64,000 nt of DNA. Origin: the human T2T-CHM13v2.0 reference genome, Homo sapiens. The DNA lies in contig CP068257.2 of the NCBI GenBank assembly GCA_009914755.4, positions 1,696,001 to 1,760,000 of the forward strand, given 5' to 3'. The position numbers and the translations under genes are program-made. The notes under the pieces were generated by a model that did not search any database, was not told where the DNA came from, and saw only the letters and a program-made list of their open reading frames with translations. The first letter of the stretch is position 1. Each line of letters begins with the position of its first letter. This document shows, one piece after another, positions 1 to 13,000 of the stretch.

Positions 1-42
1 TATCAAAGTTCACAAACTATATATTATATACTGTACATAAAA
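1..42. repeat. Single 42-bp satellite monomer (A subtype): tatcaaagttcacaaactatatattatatactgtacataaaa
   Basis: Shortest exact period seen. Composition of the consensus monomer is about A 20, T 13, C 7, G 2 of 42. It contains two GTAC cores, one of them within the palindrome TGTACA. Confidence 0.9.
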
Positions 43-378
43 TATCAAAGTACCCAAGGTATATATTCTATACTATACAAAAAATATCAAAGTACCCAAA
101 GTATGTATTATATACTGTACCTAAAATATGAAAGTACATCAAATATATATTTTATTCTGTACATAAAATATCAAAGTACACCAGATATATATTCTATAGT
201 GTACATAAAATATCAAAGTACCCAAACTATACATTATATACTGTACATAAAATATGAAATTACATCAAATATATATTATATTAGGTACATAAAATATGAA
301 AGTACATCAAATATAGATTATATACTGTACATTAAATACCAAAGTACCCCAAATATATATTTTATACTCTACATGAAA
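1..378. repeat. Representative higher-order repeat (HOR) unit of nine 42-bp monomers. A 1-42 (gttcacaaac type), B 43-84 (cccaaggtat...caaaaaa), C 85-126 (cccaaagNatgtatt), D 127-168 (tatgaaagtacatcaaatatatattttattc), E 169-210 (acaccagat...tatagtgtac), F 211-252 (cccaaactatacatt), G 253-294 (tatgaaattacatc...attaggtac), H 295-336 (tatgaaagtacatcaaatatagatt), I 337-378 (taccaaagtaccccaaat...ctctacatgaaa)
   Basis: Positions 1-42 and 379-420 are identical, and the same ordered series of nine diagnostic subtypes follows at 379-756, 757-..., and so on. Monomer subtypes differ from each other by roughly 15-25%. Successive HOR copies differ by only a few percent. Confidence 0.9.
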
Positions 379-798
379 TATCAAAGTTCACAAACTATAT
401 ATTATATACTGTACATAAAATATCAAAGTACCCAAGGTATATATTCTATACTGTACAAAAAATATCAAAGTACCCAAAGCATGTATTATATACTGTACAT
501 AAAATATGAAAGTACATCAAATATATATTTTATTCTGTACATAAAATATCAAAGTACACCAGATATATATTCTATAGTGTACATAAAATATCAAAGTACC
601 CAAACTATACATTATATACTGTACATAAAATATGAAATTACATCAAATATATATTATATTAGGTACATAAAATATGAAAGTACATCAAATATAGATTATA
701 CACTGTACATAAAATATCAAAGTACCCCAAATATATATTATATACTCTACATGAAATATCAAAGTTCACAAACTATATATTATATACTGTACATAAAA

Positions 799-837
799 TA
801 AAGTCCCCAAGGTATATATTCTATACTGTAGAAAAAA
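799..837. repeat. 39-bp variant B-type monomer (taaagtccccaaggtatatattctatactgtagaaaaaa), 3 bp shorter than the normal tatcaaagtacccaagg... form
   Basis: The TAA at 799-801 ends ORF 103..801. The same variant ends ORFs at 3802, 6433, 11311, 14689, 16941, 19942, 22573, 29325, 32327, 34958, 37591, 38344, 42106, 45863 and 49998. It recurs every 6-9 HOR units (2252, 2624-2631, 3001 or 3378 bp apart). A sister variant 'ataaaataatgtcccc' occurs at 1549, 15437, 17689 and 30073. Confidence 0.8.
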
Positions 838-1005
838 TATCAAAGTACCCAAAGCATGTATTATATACTGTATATAAAATATGAAAGTACATCAAATATA
901 TATTTTATTCTGTACATAATATATCAAAGTACACCAGATATATATTCTATAGTGTACATGAAATAACAAAGTACAAAAACTATAAATTATATACTGTACA
1001 TAAAA

Positions 1006-1042
1006 TATGAAATTACATCAAATATATATTAGGTACATAAAA
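1006..1042. repeat. 37-bp variant of the G-subtype monomer (tatgaaattacatcaaatatatattaggtacataaaa), 5 bp shorter than the 42-bp form ...atatattatattaggtac...
   Basis: Compare 253-294 (42 bp) with 1006-1042 (37 bp). The 5-bp loss shifts the frame and creates the ATG used by every 'MKLHQIYIRY...' pseudo-ORF in the track (starts 1007, 1754, 2882, 4007, 5135, 7390, 10013 ... 63284). The variant recurs at HOR-multiple spacings of 373, 747, 1125-1128, 1504 and 2255 bp. Confidence 0.85.
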
Positions 1043-4000
1043 TATGAAAGTACATCAAATATAGATTATATACTGTACATAAAATTTCAATGTACCCCAA
1101 ATATATATTTTATACTCTACATGAAATATCAAAGTTCACAAACCATGTATTATATACTGTACATAAAATATCAAAGTACCCAAGGTATATATTCTATACT
1201 ATACAAAAAATATCAAAGTACCCAAAGCATGTATTATATACTGTACCTAAAATATGAAAGTACATCAAATATATATTTTATTCTGTACATAAAATATGAA
1301 AGTACACCAGATATATATTCTATAGTGTACATAAAATATCAAAGTACCCAAACTATACATTATATACTGTACATAAAATATGAAATTACATCAAATATAT
1401 ATTATATTAGGTACATAAAATATGAAAGTACATCAAATATAGATTATACACTGTACATAAAATATCAAAGTACCCAAAATATATATTATATACTCTACAT
1501 GAAATATCAATGTTCACAAACTACATATTATATACTGTACATAAAATAATGTCCCCAAGGTATATATTCTATACTGTAGAAAAAATATCAAAGTACCCAA
1601 ACATGTATTATATACTGTATATAAAATATGAAAGTACATCAAATATATATTTTATTCTGTACATAATATATCAAAGTACACCAGATATATATTCTATAGT
1701 GTACATAAAATAACAAAGTACAAAAACTATAAATTATATACTGTACATAAAATATGAAATTACATCAAATATATATTAGGTACATAAAATATGAAAGTAC
1801 ATCAAATATAGATTATATACTGTACATAAAATTTCAATGTACCCCAAATATATATTTTATACTCTACATGAAATATCAAAGTTCACAAACCATATATTAT
1901 ATACTGTACATAAAATATCAAAGTACCCAAGGTATATATTCTATACTATACAAAAAATATCAAAGTACCCAAAGCATGTATTATATACTGTACCTAAAAT
2001 ATGAATGTACATCAAATATATATTTTATTCTGTACATAAAATATCAAAGTACACCAGATATATATTCTATAGTGTACACAAAATATCAAAGTACCCAAAC
2101 TATGCATTATATACTGTACATAAAATATGAAATTACATCAAATATATTTTATATTAGGTACATAAAATATGAAAGTACATCAAATATAGATTATATACTG
2201 TACATTAAATACCAAAGTACCCCAAATATATATTTTATACTGTACATGAAATATCAAAGTTCACAAACTGTATATTATATACTGTACATATAATATCAAA
2301 GTACACAAGGTATATATTCTATACTGTACAAAAAATAACAAAGTACCAAAAGCATGTATAATATACTGTACATAAAATATGAAAGTACATCAAATATATA
2401 TTTTATTCTGTACATAAAATATCAAAGTACACCAGATATATATTCTATAGTGTACATAAAATATCAAAGTACCCAAACTATACATTATATACTGTAAATA
2501 AAATATGAAATTACATCAAATATATTTTATATTAGGTACATAAAATATGAAAGTACATCAAATATAGATTATATACTGTACATAATATATCAAAGTAACC
2601 CAAATATATATTATATACTCTACATGAAATATCAAAGTTCACAAACAATATATTATATACTGTACATAAAATATCAAAGTACCCAAGGTATATATTCTAT
2701 ACTGCACAAAAAAATCAAAGTACCCAAAGCATGTAGTATATACTGTATATAAAATATGAAAGTTCATCAAATATATATTTTATTCTCTACGTAATATATC
2801 AAAGTACACCAGATATATATTCTATAGTGTACATAAAATATCAAAGTACCCAAACTATACATTATATACTGTAAATAAAATATGAAATTACATCAAATAT
2901 ATATTAGGTACATAAAATATGAAAGTACATCAAATATAGATTATATACTGTACATAAAATATCAATGTACCCCAAATATATATTTTATACTTTACATGAA
3001 ATATCAAAGTTCACAAACCATATATTGTATACTGTACATAAAATATCAAAGTACCCAAGGTATATGTTCTATACTGTACAAAAAATATCAAAGTACCCAA
3101 AGCATGTATTATATACTGTACATAAAATATGAAAGTACATCAAATATATATTTTATTCTGTACATAAAATATCAAAGTACACCAGATATATATTCTATAG
3201 TGTACATAAAATATCAAAGTACCCAAACTATACATTATATACTGTAAATAAAATATGAGATTACATCAAATATATATTATATTAGGTACATAAAATATGA
3301 AAGTACATCAACTATAGATTATATACTGTACATTAAATACCAAAGTACCCCAAATATATATTTTATACTGTACATGAAATATCAAAGTTCACAAACTATA
3401 TATTATATACTGTACATAAAATATCAAAGTACCCAAGGTATATATTCTATACTGTACAAAAAATATCAAAGTACCCAAAGCATGTATTATATACTGTACC
3501 TAAAATATGAAAGTACATCAAATATATATTTTATTCTGTACATAAAATATCAAAGTACACCAGACATATATTCTATAGTGTACATAAAATATGAAAGTAC
3601 CCAAACTATACATTATATACTGTACATAAAATATGAAATTACATCAAATATATATTATATTAGGTACATAAAATATGAAAGTACATCAAATATAGATTAT
3701 ACACTGTACATAAAATATCAAAGTACCCAAAATATATATTATATACTCTACATGAAATATCAAAGTTCACAAACTATATATTATATACTGTACATAAAAT
3801 AAAGTCCCCAAGATATATATTCTATACTGTAGAAAAAATATCAAAGTACCCAAAGCATGTATTATATACTGTATATAAAATATGAAAGTACATCAAATAT
3901 ATATTTTATTCTGTACATAATATATCAAAGTACACCAGATATATATTCTATAGTGTACATAAAATAAGAAAGTACAAAAACTATAAATTATATACTGTAC

Positions 4001-7000
4001 AAAAATATGAAATTACATCAAATATATATTAGGTACATAAAATATGAAAGTACATCAAATATAGATTATATACTGTACATAAAATTTCAATGTACCCCGA
4101 ATATATATTTTATACTCTACATGAAATATCAAAGTTCACAAACCATATATTATATACTGTACATAAAATATCAAAGTACCCAAGGTATATATTCTATACT
4201 ATACAAAAAATACCAAAGTACCCAAAGCATGTATTATATACTGTACCTAAAATATGAATGTACATCAAATATATATTTTATTCTGTACATAAAATATCAA
4301 AGTACACCAGATATATATTCTATAGTGTACACAAAATATCAAAGTACCCAAACTATACATTATATACTGTACATAAAATATGAAATTACATCAAATATAT
4401 TTTATATTAGGTACACAAAATATGAAAGTACATCAAATATAGATTATATACTGTACATTAAATACCAAAGTACCCCAAATATATATTTTATACTGTACAT
4501 GAAATATCAAAGTTCACAAACTATATATTATATACTGTACATATAATATCAAAGTACCCAAGGTATATATTCTATACTGTACAAAAAATAACAAAGTACC
4601 AAAAGCATGTATAATATACTGTACATAAAATATGAAACTATATCAAATATATATTTTATTCTGTACATAAAATATCAAAGTACACCAGATATATATTCTA
4701 TAGTGTACATAAAATATCAAAGTACCCAAACTATACATTATATACTGTAAATAAAATATGAAATTACATCAAATATATTTTATATTAGGTACATAAAATA
4801 TGAAAGTACATCAAATATAGATTATATACTGTACATAATATATCAAAGTAACCCAAATATATATTATATACTCTACATGAAATATCAAAGTTCACAAACA
4901 ATATATTATATACTGTACATAAAATATCAAAGTACCCAAGGTATATATTCTATACTGCACAAAAAAATCAAAGTACCCAAAGCATGTATTATATACTGTA
5001 TATAAAATATGAAAGTACATCAAATATATATTTTATTCTCTACATAATATATCAAAGTACACCAGATATATATTCTATAGTGTACATAAAATAACAAAGT
5101 ACACAAACTATAAATTATATACTGTACATAAAATATGAAATTACATCAAATATATATTAGGTACATAAAATATGAAAGTACATCAAATATAGATTATATA
5201 CTGTACATAAAATATCAATGTACCCCAAATATATATTTTATACTCTACATGAAATACCAAAGTTCAGAAACCATATATTATATACTGTACATAAAATATC
5301 AAAGTACCCAAGGTATATATTCTATACTGTACAAAAAATATCAAAGTACCCAAAGCATGTATTATATACTGTACATAAAATATGAAAGTACATCAAATAT
5401 GTATTTTATTCTGTACATAAAATATCAAAGTACACCAGATATATATTCTATAGTGTACATAAAATATCAAAGTACCCAAACTATACATTATATACTGTAG
5501 ATAAAATATGAAATTACATCAAATATATATTATATTAGGTACATAAAATATGAAAGTACATCAAATATAGATTATATACTGTACATAAAATATCAAAGTA
5601 CCCCAAATATATATTATATACTCTACATGAAATATCAAAGTTCACAAACTATATATTATATACTGTACATAAAATATCAAAGTACCCAAGGTATATATTC
5701 TATAATGTACAAAAAATATCAAAGTACCCAAAGCGTGTATTATATACTGTATATAAAATATGAAATTACATAAAATATATATTTTATTCTGTACATAAAA
5801 TATCAAAGTACACCAGATATATATTCTATAGTGTACATAAAATATCAAAGTACCCAAACTCTACATTATATACTGTACATAAAATATGAAATTACATCAA
5901 ATATATATTATATTAGGTACATAAAATATGAAAGTACATCAAATATAGATTATATACTGTACATTAAATACCAAAGTACCCCAAATATATATTTTATACT
6001 GTACATGAAATATCAAAGTTCACAAACTATATATTATATACTGTACATAAAATATCAAAGTACCCAAGGTATATATTCTATACTGTACAAAAAATATCAA
6101 AGTACCCAAAGCATGTATTATATACTGTACCTAAAATATGAAAGTACATCAAATATATATTTTATTCTATACATAAAATATCAAAGTACACCAGATATAT
6201 ATTCTATAGTGTACATAAAATATCAAAGTACCCAAACTATACATTATATACTGTACATAAAATATGAAATTACATCAAATATATATTATATTAGGTACAT
6301 AAAATATGAAAGTACATCAAATATAGATTATACACTGTACATAAAATATCAAAGTACCCCAAATATATATTATATACTCTACATGAAATATCAAACTTCA
6401 CAAACAATATATTATATACTGTACATAAAATAAAGTCCCCAAGGTATATATTCTATACTGTAGAAAAAATATCAAAGTACCCAAAGCATGTATTATATAC
6501 TGTATATAAAATATGAAAGTACATCAAATATATATTTTATTCTGTACATAATATATCAAAGTACACCAGATATATATTCTATAGTGTACATAAAATAACA
6601 AAGTACAAAAACTATAAATTATATACTGTACATAAAATATGAAATTACATCAAATATATATTAGGTACATAAAATATGAAAGTACATCAAATATAGATTA
6701 TATACTGTACATAAAATTTCAATGTACCCCAAATATATATTTTATACTCTACATGAAATATCAAAGTTCACAAACCATATATTATATACTGTACATATAA
6801 TATCAAAGTACCCAAGGTATATATTCTATACTATACAAAAAATATCAAAGTACCCAAAGCATGTATTATATACTGTACCTAAAATATGAAAGTACATCAA
6901 ATATATATTTTATTCTGTACATAAAATATCAAAGTACACCAGATATATATTCTATAGTGTACACAAAATATCAAAGTACCCAAACTATACATTATATACA

Positions 7001-10000
7001 GTACATAAAATATGAAATTACATCAAATATATTTTATATTAGGTACATAAAATATGAAAGTACATCAAATATAGATTATACACTGTACATTAAATACCAA
7101 AGTACCCCAAATATATATTTTATACTGTACATGAAATATCAAACTTCACAAATTATATATTATATAGTGTACATATAATATCAAAGTACCCAAGGTATAT
7201 ATTCTATACTGTACAAAAAATATCAAATTACCCAAAGCTTGTATTATATACTGTACATAAAATATGAAAGTATATCAAATATATATTTTATTGTGTACAT
7301 AAAATATCAAAGTACACCAGATATATATTCTATAGTGCACATAAAATAACAAAGTACACAAACTATACATTATATACTGTACATAAAATATGAAATTACA
7401 TGAAATATATATTAGGTACATAAAATATGAAAGTACATCAAATATAGATTATATACTGTACATAAAATTTCAATGTACCCCAAATATATATTTTATACTA
7501 CACATGAAATATCAAAGTTCACAAACCATATATTGTATACTGTACATAAAATATCAAAGTACCCAAGGTATATGTTCTATACTGTACAAAAAATATCAAA
7601 GTACCCAAAGCATGTATTATATACTGTACATAAAATATGAAAGTACATCAAATATATATTTTATTCCGTTCATAAAATATCAAAGTACACCAGATATATA
7701 TTCTATAGTGTACATAAAATATCAAAGTACACAAACTATACATTATATACTGTACATAAAATATGAAATTACATCAAATATATATTATATAAGGTACACA
7801 AAATATGAAAGTACATCAAATATAGATTATATACTGTACATTAAATACCAAAGAACCCCAAATATATATTATATACTCTACATGAAATATAAAAGTTCAC
7901 AAACTATATATTATATACTGTACATAAAATATCAAAGTACCCAAGGTATATATTCTATACTGTACAAAAAATATCAAAGTACCCAAAGCATGTATTATAT
8001 ACTGTATATAAAATATGAAAGTACATCAAATATATATTTTATTCTGTACATAAAATATCAAAGTACACCAGATATATATTCTATAGTGTACATAAAATAA
8101 CAAAGTACAAAAACTATAAATTATATACTGTACATAAAATATGAAATTTCATCAAATATATATTAGGTACATAAAATATGAAAGTACATCAAATATAGAT
8201 TATATACTGTACAAAAAATATCAGTGTACCCCAAATATATATTTTATACTCGACATGAAATATCAAAGTTCACAAACCATATAATATATACTGTACATAA
8301 AATATCAAAGTACCCAAGGTATATATTCTATACTGTACAAAAAATATCAAAGTACCCAAAGCATGTATTATATACTGTACATAAAATATGAAAGTACATC
8401 AAATCTATATTTTATTCTGTACATAAAATATCAAAGTACACCAGATATATATTCTATAGTGTACATAAAATATCAAAGTACCCAAACTATACATTATATA
8501 CTGTACATAAAATATGAAATTACATCAAATATATATTATATTAGGTACATAAAATATGAAAGTACATCAAATATAGATTATATACTGTACATTAAATACC
8601 AAAGTAACCCAAATATATATTTTATACTCTACATGAAATATCAAAGTTCACAAACTATACATTATATACTGTACATAAAATATCAAAGTAACCAAGGTAT
8701 ATATTCTATACTGTACAAAAAATATCAAAGTAACCAAAGCATGTATTATATACTGTACCTAAAATATGAAAGTACATCAAATATATATTTTATTCTGTAC
8801 ATAAAATATCAAAGTACACCAGATATATATTCTATAGTGTACATAAAATATCAAAGTACCCAAACTATACATTATATACTGTACATAAAATATGAAATTA
8901 CATCAAATATATATTAGGTACATAAAATATGAAAGTACATCAAATATAGATTATACACTGTACATAAAATATCAAAGTACCCCAAATATATATTATATAC
9001 TCTACATGAAATATCAAAGTTCACAAACTATATATTATATACTGTACATAAAATAAAGTCCCCAAGGTATATATTCTATACTGTAGAAAAAATATCAAAG
9101 TACCCAAAGCATGTATTATATACTGTATATAAAATATGAAAGTACATCAAATATATATTTTATTCTGTACATAAAATATCAAAGTACACCAGATATATAT
9201 TCTATAGTGTACATAAAATAACAAAGTACAAAAACTATAAATTATATACTGTACATAAAATATGAAATTACATCAAATATATATTAGGTACATAAAATAT
9301 GAAAGTACATGAAATATAGATTATATACTGTACATAAAATTTCAATGTACCCCAAATATATATTTTATACTCTACATGAAATATCAAAGTTCACAAACCA
9401 TATATTATATACTGTACATAAAATATCAAAGTACCCAAGGTATATATTCTATACTATACAAAAAATATCAAAGTACCCAAAGCATGTATTATATACTGTA
9501 CCTAAAATATGAAAGTACATCAAATATATATTTTATTCTGTACATAAAATATCAAAGTACACCAGATATATATTCTACAGTGTACATAAAATATCAAAGT
9601 ACCCAAACTATACATTATATACTGTAAATAAAATATGAAATTACATCAAATATATTTTATATTAGGTACATAAAATATGAAAGTACATCAAATATAGATT
9701 ATATACTGTACATTAAATACCAAAGTACCCCAAATATATATTTTATACTGTACATGAAATATCAAAGTTCACAAACTATATATTATATACTGTACATAAA
9801 TTATCAAAGTACCCAAGGTATATATTCTATACTGTACAAAAAATATCAAAGTACCCAAAGCATGTATTATATACTGTACATAAAATATGAAAGTACATCA
9901 AATATATATTTTATTCTGTACATAATATATCAAAGTACAGCAGATATATATTCTATAGTGTACATAAAATAACAAAGTACACAAACTATACATTATATAC

Positions 10001-13000
10001 TGTACATAAAATATGAAATTACATCAAATATATATTAGGTACATAAAATATGAAAGTACATCAAATATAGATTATATACTGTACATAAAATATCAATGTA
10101 CCCCAAATATATATTTTATACTATACATGAAATATCAAAGTTCACAAACCATATATTGTATACTGTACATAAAATATCAAAGTACCCAAGGTATATGTTC
10201 TATACTGTACAAAAAATATCAAAGTACCCAAAGCATGTATTATATACTGTACCTAAAATATGAAAGTACATCAAATATATATTTTATTCTGTACATAAAA
10301 TATCAAAGTACACCAGATATATATTCTATAGTGTGCACAAAATATCAAAGTACCCAAACTATACATTACATACTGTACATAAAATATGAAATTACATCAA
10401 ATATATTTTATATTAGGTACATAAAATATGAAAGTACATCAAATATAGATTATACACTGTACATTAAATACCAAAGTACCCCAAATATATATTTTATACT
10501 GTACATGAAATATCAAACTTCACAAATTATATATTATATAGTGTACATATAATATCAAAGTACCCAAGGTATATATTCTATACTGTACAAAAAATAACAA
10601 AGTACCAAAAGCATGTATAATATACAGTACATAAAATATGAAAGTACATCAAATATATATTTTATTCTGTACATAAAATATCAAAGTACACCAGATATAT
10701 ATTCTATAGTGTACATAAAATATAAAAGTACCCAAACTATACATTATATACTGTACATAAAATATGTAATTACATCAAATATATATTATATTAGGTACAT
10801 AAAATATGAAAGTACATCAAATATAGATTATATACTGTACATTAAATACCAAAGTACCCCAAATATATATTTTATACTGTACATGAAATATCAAAGTTCA
10901 CAAACTATATATTATATACTGTACATAAAATATCAAAGTAACCAAGGTATATATTCTATACTGTACAAAAAATATCAAAGTACCCAAAGCATGTATTATG
11001 TACTGTACCTAAAATATGAAAGTACATCAAATATATATTTTATTCTGTACATAAAATATCAAAGTACACCAGATATATATTCTATAGTGTACATAATACA
11101 TCAAAGTACCCAAACTATACATTATATACTGTACATAAAATATGAAATTACATCAAATATATATTATATTAGGTACATAAAATATGAAAGTACATCAAAT
11201 ATAGATTATACACTCTACATAAAATATCAAAGTACCCAAAATATATATTATATACTCTACATGAAATATCAAAGTTCACAAACTATATATTATATACTGT
11301 ACATAAAATAAAGTCCCCAAGGTATATATTCTATACTGTAGAAAAAATATCAAAGTACCCAAAGCATGTATTATATACTGTATATAAAATATGAAAGTAC
11401 ATCAAATATATATTTTATTCTGTACATAATATATCAAAGTACACCAGATATATATTCTATAGTGTACATAAAATAACAAAGTACAAAAACTATAAATTAT
11501 ATACTGTACATAAAATATGAAATTACATCAAATATATATTAGGTACATAAAATATGAAAGTACATCAAATATAGATTATATACTGTACATAAAATTTCAA
11601 TGTACCCCAAATATATATTTTATACTCTACATGAAATATCAAAGTTCACAAACCATATATTATATACTGTACATAAAATATCAAAGTACCCAAGGTATAT
11701 ATTCTATACTATACAAAAAATATCAAAGTACCCAAAGCATGTATTATATACTGTACCTAAAATATGAATGTACATCAAATATATATTTTATTCTGTACAT
11801 AAAATATCAAAGTACACCAGATATATATTCTATAGTGTACACAAAATATCAAAGTACCCAAACTATACATTATATACTGTACATAAAATATGAAATTACA
11901 TCAAATATATTTTATATTAGGTACATAAAATATGAAAGTACATCAAATATAGATTATATACTGTACATTAAATACCAAAGTACCCCAAATATATATTTTA
12001 TACTGTACATGAAATATCAAAGTTCACAAACTATATATTATATACTGTACATATAATATCAAAGTACCCAAGGTATATATTCTATACTGTACAAAAAACA
12101 ACAAAGTACCAAAAGCATGTATAATATACTGTACATAAAATATGAAAGTACATCAAATATGTATTTTATTCTGTACATAAAATATCAAAGTACACCAGAT
12201 ATATATTCTATAGTGTACATAAAATATCAAAGTACCCAAACTATACATTATATACTGTAAATAAAATATGAAATTACATCAAATATATTTTATATTAGGT
12301 ACATAAAATATGAAAGTACATCAAATATAGATTATATACTGTACATAATATATCAAAGTAACCCAAATATATATTATATACTCTACATGAAATATCAAAG
12401 TTCACAAACAATATATTATATACTGTACATAAAATATCAAAGTACCCAAGGTATATATTCTATACTGCACAAAAAAATCAAAGTACCCAAAGCATGTATT
12501 ATATACTGTATATAAAATATGAAAGTACATCAAATATATATTTTATTCTCTACATAATATATCAAAGTACACCAGATATATATTCTATAGTGTACATAAA
12601 ATAACAAAGTACACAAACTATAAATTATATACTGTACATAAAATATGAAATTACATCAAATATATATTAGGTACATAAAATATGAAAGTACATCAAATAT
12701 AGATTATATACTGTACATAAAATATCAATGTACCCCAAATATATATTTTATACTCTACATGAAATATCAAAGTTCACAAACCATATATTGTATACTGTAC
12801 ATAAAATATCAAAGTACCCAAGGTATGTATTCTATACTGTACAAAAAATATCAAAGTACCCAAAGCATGTATTATATACTGTACATAAAATATGAAAGTA
12901 CATCAAATATATATTTTATTCTGTACATATAATATCAAAGTACACCATATATATATTCTATAGTGTACATAAAATATCAAAGTACCCAAACTATACATTA

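Noticed and set aside
5642-5857. Minus-strand ORFs (5642..5857, 21782..21997, 56665..56889, 61538..61762) as antisense genes
   Set aside because: These are short (71-74 aa) low-complexity F/I/Y-rich read-throughs of the reverse-complemented monomer. They appear only where point variants happen to remove minus-strand stop codons, and they are duplicated with the super-repeats. No coding signal.
2882-12932. Additional ~7.1-7.5-kb internal periodicity within the 16-kb unit (2882~10013, 4007~11517, 5135~12645)
   Set aside because: Similarity is real but imperfect. The units share only some diagnostic variants and the offset drifts by one HOR (7131 vs 7510). I cannot separate true older duplication from generic HOR-subtype similarity without computing alignments, so I have not annotated it as a feature.
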